The position numbers and the translations under genes were made by a program. A stretch of 32,000 nt of DNA. It comes from Thermovibrio guaymasensis. Its GTDB lineage: Bacteria; Aquificota; Aquificia; Desulfurobacteriales; Desulfurobacteriaceae. The notes under the pieces were generated by a model. That model saw only the letters and a program-made list of their open reading frames with translations. It was not told the DNA's origin and ran no database searches. The DNA lies in the NCBI RefSeq assembly GCF_003633715.1, contig NZ_RBIE01000001.1, forward strand, positions 931,931 to 963,930, in the 5' to 3' direction. Shown in pieces: positions 25,844-32,000 of this stretch (its first letter is position 1; each line of letters starts with the position of its first letter).

Positions 25844-28450
25844 TTATACCTGATGGAGAGCAGAAGCCCCTTCCTTTTCAATCTCAACCTGCTCCTTTAC
25901 GTACCTGTAGTAGTTAAACAGAGAATCAACAACTCCATTTTCTATGTTTGAAATGAGGTCCTCAAAGAGGAGAAAGGCCTCCTTCTTAAACTCAATAACT
26001 GGATCCCTCTGACCGTAACCTCTCCAGCCAATACTTTCTTTAATGTGGTCTAGAGCTCTTAAGTGCTCTCTCCAGTAGTGGTCAAGACGGTCAAGCATAA
26101 CCATCCTTTCAATTTCCCTCAACTGTCCTTCACCAACTAAGCTCTCAAGCTCTTGGTACTTCTTAACTAAAGTATCGTAGATAATTTTGGCCAACTTCTC
26201 CCTGTCATTAAAGGCACCTTCAATCTGGAGCTCCACAAGCCCGTTGTAGGTCTCGGGAATCGGAAATTCAAAACCAAAGCGTGTTTCAAGGGTCTTCTTA
26301 AGGTCTTTAAGGTTCCACTCATCTGGCAACATACTCTCTGGAGCAAAGATGTCAACAAGTTCCCAAGCTATATCCTCAAAGAACCCAAGTATCTCCTCTT
26401 TAAAGTTCTCTCCTTCTAAGATTCTGTTCCTCTGCTCGTAGATAACCTTCCTCTGAACGTTGTAGACCTCATCGTACTCAAGGAGCCTCTTCCTAATCTG
26501 GAAGTTCTGCTCCTCAACCCTCCTCTGTGCGTTCTCAAGGGCCTTACTCACCATCTTGTGGGTTATTGGCTCATCCTCAGGAACGTTCATAATCTCCATC
26601 ATCTTCTTAATTCTGTCCGAACCAAAGAGCCTCAGGAGGTTATCCTCTAAGGAAAGGAAAAATCTTGACTCTCCAGGATCTCCTTGCCTTCCGGCACGAC
26701 CTCTTAACTGGTTGTCAATCCTCCTAGACTCGTTCCTCTCCGTTCCAATTATGTAAAGGCCTCCAAGCTCCTTAACTTTTTCCTTCTCTTTCTCGGTAAT
26801 CTCCTTGTACTTTTTAAGAGTTTCCCTGTAAATTTCCTCGTACTTTTCCTTACCAACCTTCTCAGGAGTTATCCCTCTCTCTCTGAGCTCCCTCTTTGCA
26901 AGGAAGTCAGGGTTACCTCCGAGGAGAATATCAGTTCCCCTACCTGCCATATTTGTGGCGATAGTAACAGCCCCAAGCCTTCCTGCCTGAGCCACAATCT
27001 CTGCTTCCTTCTCGTGGTACTTAGCGTTAAGAACCTGATGGGGAATTCCCCTCTTCTTTAATAACCTTGATAGGTACTCTGAGTCTTCAATTGAGTTGGT
27101 TCCCACCAAAACTGGACGGCCAATCTTATAGTTCTTCTCAATTTCCTTTACTACCGCCTCAAACTTCGCCCTCTTTGTCTTAAAAATTAAGTCTGGATGG
27201 TCCTTCCTAATTACAGGTTTGTTCGTCGGAATAACTACAACATCAAGACCGTAGATCTCTTTAAGTTCAGCCGCTTCTGTCTCTGCAGTACCCGTCATAC
27301 CAGCCAACTTCTTATAGAGCCTGAAGTAGTTCTGGAGAGTAATCGTCGCAAGGGTCTGGTTCTCAGCCTCAATCTTTACCCCCTCTTTCGCCTCTACTGC
27401 CTGGTGAAGACCGTCGCTCCAGCGCCTTCCCGGCATTATCCTTCCTGTAAACTCATCAACAATCACCACTTTTCCATCTTTAACTACGTAGTCAACGTCC
27501 TTCTTGAAGAGGTGGTGGGCCCTTAAAGACTGGATAATTGCGTGGAGGAGGTCTGAAAACTTTGGGTCGTAGAGGTTAAAGTCTTTCATTCCTGTCATTT
27601 TCTTTACAATCTCTTCCACCCTCTTAATTCCCTCGTCGGTCAAAACGGCAGTCTTGGTCTTCTCCTCTACCTTAAAGTCCCTATCTTTCTTAAGCTGGCG
27701 GACTATTCCATCTGCAATGTAGTAAACGTCAACGCTCTCCTCTGAAGGACCAGAAATAATTAAGGGAGTTCTTGCCTCATCTATGAGAATTGAGTCTGCC
27801 TCGTCAACTATTGCGTAGAAGAGGTCCCTTTGAACCTTATCCTCCTTTGAAAAGACCATGTTATCCCTTAAGTAGTCAAAACCAAACTCAGAGTTGGTTC
27901 CGTAGGTTATATCCCGAGAGTACATCTCCTTCCTTTCTTCCTTCTCCATCTGATTTTGGAGGAATCCAACGGTCAAACCTAAGTAGTTGTAGACAGGACC
28001 CATTAACTCGGCGTCCCTCTTAGCAAGGTAGTCATTAACGGTAACAATGTGAACGCCTTTACCCGCAAGGGCGTTAAGGTAGGCAGGAAGGGTTGCAACA
28101 AGAGTTTTACCCTCACCGGTCTTCATCTCCGCGATATTTCCTCTGTGAAGGACTATTCCACCTAAGAGCTGAACATCGTAGTGGCGCATCCCTAAAGTTC
28201 TCTTTGCAGCCTCCCTAACTGCAGCAAAGGCTTCAGGGAGGATTTTGTCCATGTACTTAAACTTCTCTTCGTCTGTAGGGAGTTTCTCTATCTCTGAACG
28301 CCACTTGGCAGTTAAAGACCGGAGCTCCTCCTTACTCTTCTTCTCAAACTCTTTCTCAAGGGAATTTATCCTTTCAACTATGGGCTTTAACTTCTTAATT
28401 ACCCTTTCATTCCTACTTCCAAATATCTTGGTCAAAACAGCATTAATCAT
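25844..28450 (-). CDS. secA: Preprotein translocase ATPase SecA
   Basis: 868 aa. Walker A MKTGEGKTLVATLP, DEAD-like box VDEADSILIDEARTPLIISG, and typical SecA N-terminus and length. Confidence 0.98.
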   Translation of the reverse strand: MINAVLTKIFGSRNERVIKKLKPIVERINSLEKEFEKKSKEELRSLTAKWRSEIEKLPTDEEKFKYMDKILPEAFAAVREAAKRTLGMRHYDVQLLGGIVLHRGNIAEMKTGEGKTLVATLPAYLNALAGKGVHIVTVNDYLAKRDAELMGPVYNYLGLTVGFLQNQMEKEERKEMYSRDITYGTNSEFGFDYLRDNMVFSKEDKVQRDLFYAIVDEADSILIDEARTPLIISGPSEESVDVYYIADGIVRQLKKDRDFKVEEKTKTAVLTDEGIKRVEEIVKKMTGMKDFNLYDPKFSDLLHAIIQSLRAHHLFKKDVDYVVKDGKVVIVDEFTGRIMPGRRWSDGLHQAVEAKEGVKIEAENQTLATITLQNYFRLYKKLAGMTGTAETEAAELKEIYGLDVVVIPTNKPVIRKDHPDLIFKTKRAKFEAVVKEIEKNYKIGRPVLVGTNSIEDSEYLSRLLKKRGIPHQVLNAKYHEKEAEIVAQAGRLGAVTIATNMAGRGTDILLGGNPDFLAKRELRERGITPEKVGKEKYEEIYRETLKKYKEITEKEKEKVKELGGLYIIGTERNESRRIDNQLRGRAGRQGDPGESRFFLSLEDNLLRLFGSDRIKKMMEIMNVPEDEPITHKMVSKALENAQRRVEEQNFQIRKRLLEYDEVYNVQRKVIYEQRNRILEGENFKEEILGFFEDIAWELVDIFAPESMLPDEWNLKDLKKTLETRFGFEFPIPETYNGLVELQIEGAFNDREKLAKIIYDTLVKKYQELESLVGEGQLREIERMVMLDRLDHYWREHLRALDHIKESIGWRGYGQRDPVIEFKKEAFLLFEDLISNIENGVVDSLFNYYRYVKEQVEIEKEGASALHQV

Positions 28451-28506
28451 CCTTTCCTCCGGAATTAGTTTTAAACCTTAATTGAATCCATAAAAGTTGG
28501 AAGGAT

Positions 28507-28761
28507 CTAGGGAGAAGCCCTTGGAGGTGAAGATGGAAGGTGGTAAGACGGTTTTAAACTAAAGGAGTAATTAAAGGAAATAGCGCTCCTTTCACCCCTT
28601 TCTCTAAGCTCCTGTTTAGATACAGCCTCTTTAGAAGTTTTACTAAGGATTAGTTCAACTTTCGGAGAGTCTTCAAACGAAAAAGAGTACCCTGTTGGCG
28701 TGTAGCTGCAGGTAAAGACCGTTAGAAAAACAATACCAACTATTAAGCTCTTAAATCTCAT
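28507..28761 (-). CDS. Possible small secreted protein (hypothetical)
   Basis: 84 aa from the ATG at 28761, with a signal-like N-terminus MRFKSLIVGIVFLTVFTC. There is no SD and no recognisable family, so it may not be a real gene. Confidence 0.35.
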   Translation of the reverse strand: MRFKSLIVGIVFLTVFTCSYTPTGYSFSFEDSPKVELILSKTSKEAVSKQELRERGERSAISFNYSFSLKPSYHLPSSPPRASP

Positions 28762-28788
28762 AGCCAATTAATAATATTTCATTCAAAC

Positions 28789-29538
28789 TTAAATGTCAAA
28801 AACAGCACTCTGGTTTGGAAGTATTGGCTTAACCTTATCCCTAACGCCACAGACAAAGCTGTAACTGAGAAGCCTTTCAAGGGCTCTCTCCCCCTTCACG
28901 TAGTAGGGAATAACGTGCCAAGTTCCAAAGTGAATAGGAATCAGATACTTAGCTTTCAAAATCCTAAACCCCTTTACGGCCTCTTCAGGAGTCTGATGGA
29001 ATTTCCTAAAGAAAGGCATAAAACCACCAATTGGAAGGAGAGCAAAATCTATCCCTTTAAACTTCTCAGCCCAGAGCTGGTACAGGTTCTCAGAAAAGGC
29101 CGTATCCCCTCCAAAGAGAAACTTCACTGAATCTACTTCAAAGACAAAACCTCCAACGCCTGTATCAGGGTAAAAGAGGTTTCTCCCCCTGTTGTGAAAT
29201 ACCGGAATTTTCGTTATTTTTACGTTTTTATAGGTAAAAGTTTCAAAGTCCTTAAGCTCAACAACCCTTTCGCTCTTTATGACCTTACCGCACTTTTCAG
29301 GTGTAACTATGGGGAACTTACCACCTAACCGCCTGATAGTTTTAAGGTCAAGGTGGTCGTAGTGGGCGTGGGAGATGAGAACGACATCAGGGGAGAGCTC
29401 TTCAGGCTCTTTTGAGGGAGGAACTAACCTCTTTATACCTCCTGCAGAAAAGGTAAGGAACGGATCGATTAAGACTTCCAAACCGCCAATCTTTACCGAG
29501 AAAGTTGAATGACCTAAATTTTCTATCTGTAGTGTCAT
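28789..29538 (-). CDS. MBL-fold metallo-hydrolase
   Basis: The start at ATG 29538 (MTLQIENLGHSTF) fits the family N-terminus and is preferred over the ORF-track start at 29646. Metal motif HAHYDH, plus downstream D and H residues. Confidence 0.85.
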   Translation of the reverse strand: MTLQIENLGHSTFSVKIGGLEVLIDPFLTFSAGGIKRLVPPSKEPEELSPDVVLISHAHYDHLDLKTIRRLGGKFPIVTPEKCGKVIKSERVVELKDFETFTYKNVKITKIPVFHNRGRNLFYPDTGVGGFVFEVDSVKFLFGGDTAFSENLYQLWAEKFKGIDFALLPIGGFMPFFRKFHQTPEEAVKGFRILKAKYLIPIHFGTWHVIPYYVKGERALERLLSYSFVCGVRDKVKPILPNQSAVFDI

Positions 29539-29572
29539 GGAGTTGAGTTTATCAAACTTAGGGGAGATTACA

Positions 29573-30325
29573 ATGGAAAAGGGATTTAGGGATATAGAGG
29601 AGTTTTTCCTCAGGGCAGAAAAGGAGATGCAGAAGAGCTCCACCATTACCCAGAAGAGGAGGAAAGCTCAAAAGACTGAAACGAGGGAAGAGCTCATCTC
29701 AAAGATAAAGAACCTAACCGAGAAGTTAAAGGGAAAGGATAGGAAGATTAAGGAGCTCTTTAGCGAGATTGCGGTCCTCCGAGATAAGCTTGAGGCTTAC
29801 AGGAACAGAGAGAGAGAGCTTAAGAGGAAGGAAGAGGAACTAAAGCAAATAGACCAGTTTAAGAAAAGGATAAAAAACCTTCAGGAGGAAGTTTCAAAGC
29901 TTAAGGGAGAACTCAAGGAGAAGGAAAGCCAAATAGAGACTTTGAAAGCCCAGGAAGTTCCTAAACCTAAGGTAGAACTCTTCATTGAAGTAGCTCTAAA
30001 CTCCGTATCTGAACTTGTAACCGGAAAGAATAAAGTAAAAGTTCTGTTTTCTAAAAGGTTCAGAAAAGACATGGTAAAGGAAGTCTCTGTTCGCCCCTTC
30101 CTCTTTAACAGCTTTATTTCCGCCCTTGAAAGGATTGAATCAACCTCAAGGCTCTTAAAGAGAGATGCAAAGCACGACATATACAGAATAAGGGTTACAT
30201 CTCCCTACGGGGAGTACAGGGCTATCTACCTAAAGCTTGAAGGAGATACTGTAAAGTTCGTCCGCTTCGGCCAGAGGGACTCAATCTACAAGGAGCTTGA
30301 TGCCTGCGGCTGGAGTTTCAGTTGA
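29573..30325 (+). CDS. Coiled-coil protein with C-terminal RelE/ParE-like toxin-fold domain
   Basis: The ATG at 29573 has GGGGAG 6 nt upstream and is preferred over 29537, which shares bases with the MBL start codon. Residues about 30-135 are K/E/R-rich coiled coil. The C-terminus VKVLFSKRFRKDMVKE...DIYRIRVTSPYGEYRAIYLKLEGDTVKFVRFGQRDSIY aligns by eye with E. coli RelE (CYKIKLRSSGYRLVYQV...VVFVISVGKRERSEVY). Confidence 0.7.
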   Translation: MEKGFRDIEEFFLRAEKEMQKSSTITQKRRKAQKTETREELISKIKNLTEKLKGKDRKIKELFSEIAVLRDKLEAYRNRERELKRKEEELKQIDQFKKRIKNLQEEVSKLKGELKEKESQIETLKAQEVPKPKVELFIEVALNSVSELVTGKNKVKVLFSKRFRKDMVKEVSVRPFLFNSFISALERIESTSRLLKRDAKHDIYRIRVTSPYGEYRAIYLKLEGDTVKFVRFGQRDSIYKELDACGWSFS

Positions 30326-31350
30326 TAATAAAGGACCTTGATAGAGTAAAGGAGGTTATCCGGCTAAGCAAAGAAGAGGAAGAAGCTTTTAAAGAGGTAA
30401 CTAAAGTTTACCCTTTTTCCTCTAGTCTTTACTACTTAAAGGTTGCCTCAAGAAGCGATGCTGTAAGGAAAATGCTCCTTCCATCTCTAGAGGAAGTTGA
30501 CCCTGAGGTTCAGAAGTTCGGACAGGATGACCCTCTAAACGAGGAGGGAGACAAAAAGACCCCCTTCCTAACCCACAGGTATCCAGACAGGGTTTTAATA
30601 GTTACAACGAATCAGTGTCCCGTTCTCTGCCGCTACTGTATGAGGAAGAGGAACTGGAAGTTAAAACCCTTCGTAATAGAAGACAGGGAGATAGACAGAG
30701 CCATTGAATATATAAAGGGAAATCCGAAAGTAAGGGACGTTTTAATCTCTGGAGGGGAACCCCTTTCCCTCCCTGTAGAGAAGCTGGAAAGGCTACTCAT
30801 CGGGCTGAAAAGGATTGAAACCGTTGAAGTAGTTAGGATAGGAACCAGATTGCCAGTCGTTGACCCTGAAAAGGTTTTAAGGGAAGAACTGTTAGGCTTA
30901 ATTGAGAAGGCTGAAAAGGTGTGGATAAACACCCACTTTAACCACCCAGACGAAATAACTCCTGAAGCTAAGGAAGCCTGCAGGGCTCTCTTAAAGAGCT
31001 CCGCTCCGGTAAACAACCAAACAGTCCTCTTAAAGGGAGTAAACGATTCGGCAGATACTCTAGAAAGGCTCTTTAGAGGCCTCCAGAAGATAAAGGTTCG
31101 CCCCTACTACCTGTTCCACTGCGATCCGGTAAAGGGAGTAATGCACTTTTCAACAACAATAACGAAGGGACTTGAGATTTTGAGGGAGCTCTTTAGGAGA
31201 ATCTCTCCACTGGCAATTCCTTACTACGCAGTTGACGGCCTCGGAGGTTACGGAAAGGTTCCCCTTCTTCCCAAAAGGTTTAAAAAGGTAGGAGACCATT
31301 ACACCTTTGAATCGTTTAAAGGAGAGATATTCACAATGGCGGATAGATAG
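30322..31350 (+). CDS. KamA-family radical SAM protein (lysine 2,3-aminomutase / EpmB-like)
   Basis: THRYPDRVLIVTTNQCPVLCRYCMRKR (CxxxCxxC), SGGEPL, RPYYLFHCDPVKGVMHF, and the PLP-lysine context GGYGK. The TTG start overlaps the upstream TGA (gTTGAtaa) and has GGAG 6 nt upstream. Confidence 0.9.
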   Translation: MIIKDLDRVKEVIRLSKEEEEAFKEVTKVYPFSSSLYYLKVASRSDAVRKMLLPSLEEVDPEVQKFGQDDPLNEEGDKKTPFLTHRYPDRVLIVTTNQCPVLCRYCMRKRNWKLKPFVIEDREIDRAIEYIKGNPKVRDVLISGGEPLSLPVEKLERLLIGLKRIETVEVVRIGTRLPVVDPEKVLREELLGLIEKAEKVWINTHFNHPDEITPEAKEACRALLKSSAPVNNQTVLLKGVNDSADTLERLFRGLQKIKVRPYYLFHCDPVKGVMHFSTTITKGLEILRELFRRISPLAIPYYAVDGLGGYGKVPLLPKRFKKVGDHYTFESFKGEIFTMADR

Positions 31351-31355
31351 ATTAA

Positions 31356-31376
31356 AGGGGGAAGGGAATTCCCCCT
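31356..31376. terminator. Possible bidirectional hairpin in a convergent 28-nt gap
   Basis: A-GGGGG (31356-31361) can pair with CCCCC-T (31371-31376) around a 9-nt loop. It contains the perfect palindrome GGGAATTCCC (31364-31373). The flanks are AT-rich but have no clean U-tract. Confidence 0.3.
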
Positions 31377-31378
31377 AA

Positions 31379-32000
31379 TTAGTAAACTGTAACCTCTCCG
31401 CTAACTAGCTTCTTCCAGGTGTTCTTCATATCTGCAAGGCAATCTCTAACTATAACTTCAACTTTTGGCTGGAAGGCCTCTGTAGGCTCAGAGCTCCTAA
31501 CCTTCACATCAACGGCTAGAGGCTGGTTTACAGGCTTTCCGATCTGGCTCACCATGTAAACGTAAGCCTCTTCAATCTCAGGGATTTCCTCAACAACCTT
31601 CCTGGCGATTTCGTTTGAAGTTATGTTATAGAGCTTTCCGACGTGGGTAATTGGGTTCTTTCCTGCAGCTGCCTCAAGGCTCATAGGTCTATATGGGGTA
31701 ATTAGACCGTTAACCCTGTTACCCCTTCCGACTTCTCCGTCGTCTCCGGCTTCGGCGCTCGTCCCAGTAACGGTTATGTAAACGTTACCCCTTTCTAGGT
31801 CGTCACCTGTGTTAACTTCAACCTCAACTTCACGGTCTGTAAACTTCTTTGCAACTTCAGTAGCTATCTTCTTAACGTTCTCCCTCTTCTGGGCATAGTC
31901 ATTAACGTCCTTAACAAACCTATCAACGAAGGCACAGGCAACTGTAACCTTGATTTTCTCTCCAACCCTTACGCCCATTACTTTAATATCTTCGCCAATC
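31379..32000 (-). CDS. Archaeal-type S-adenosylmethionine synthetase (5' end outside the window)
   Basis: The frame stays open past the listed Met to nt 32000 ([29 protein letters not shown]...). As far as I recall archaeal MAT sequences, this matches the conserved middle and C-terminal region. It is unlike bacterial MetK. Confidence 0.88.
   Translation of the reverse strand, partial: IGEDIKVMGVRVGEKIKVTVACAFVDRFVKDVNDYAQKRENVKKIATEVAKKFTDREVEVEVNTGDDLERGNVYITVTGTSAEAGDDGEVGRGNRVNGLITPYRPMSLEAAAGKNPITHVGKLYNITSNEIARKVVEEIPEIEEAYVYMVSQIGKPVNQPLAVDVKVRSSEPTEAFQPKVEVIVRDCLADMKNTWKKLVSGEVTVY

Noticed and set aside
29537-29646. Extended starts for the MBL hydrolase (29646) and the coiled-coil protein (29537), which would make the two divergent genes overlap by 110 nt.
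   Set aside because: The MBL family N-terminus begins at MTLQIENLGHSTF (29538). The coiled-coil gene has GGGGAG 6 nt before the ATG at 29573. The extensions encode non-conserved-looking peptides.
1-32000. Search for tRNA, rRNA, CRISPR repeats, IS elements, integrases, phage genes and long direct or inverted repeats.
   Set aside because: None was recognised on either strand. Intergenic space totals only a few hundred nt and no gap exceeds about 90 nt. The only notable DNA repeat is the motB 5' duplication, reported above.

Overview
The window is densely coding (about 95%) with a bacterial operon structure. By gene content it looks like a thermophilic Aquificota genome, possibly Desulfurobacteriaceae. 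That inference rests on an archaeal-type SAM synthetase, a motA-motB-motB triplet, many 1-23 nt gene overlaps and frequent TTG/GTG starts. I saw no rRNA, tRNA, CRISPR array, transposase, integrase or phage genes. Most genes are housekeeping: prfA, hemE, rlmB, ilvE, lgt, murJ, trkAH, secA, htrA, a sigma-70 family factor and the flagellar stator genes.

There is no clear-cut novel system. The candidates worth follow-up are:
1. A coiled-coil protein (29573-30325) whose C-terminus aligns by eye with RelE/ParE toxins. It has no separate antitoxin gene and is translationally coupled to a KamA-family radical SAM aminomutase.
2. A three-gene operon (371-2278) encoding a Cx3C-rich lipoprotein, a hotdog thioesterase and a protein with a HEPN-like R-x4-H motif.
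3. A NirJ/AhbD-like radical SAM/SPASM gene fused into an operon with hemE.
4. A short RACo-like 2Fe-2S/ASKHA protein coupled to an 86-aa protein and an orphan pseudopilin.
5. An NtrB/NtrC pair flanked by an unknown 133-aa protein and two small ferredoxins.

All family calls come from motif recognition by eye. No database search was run.
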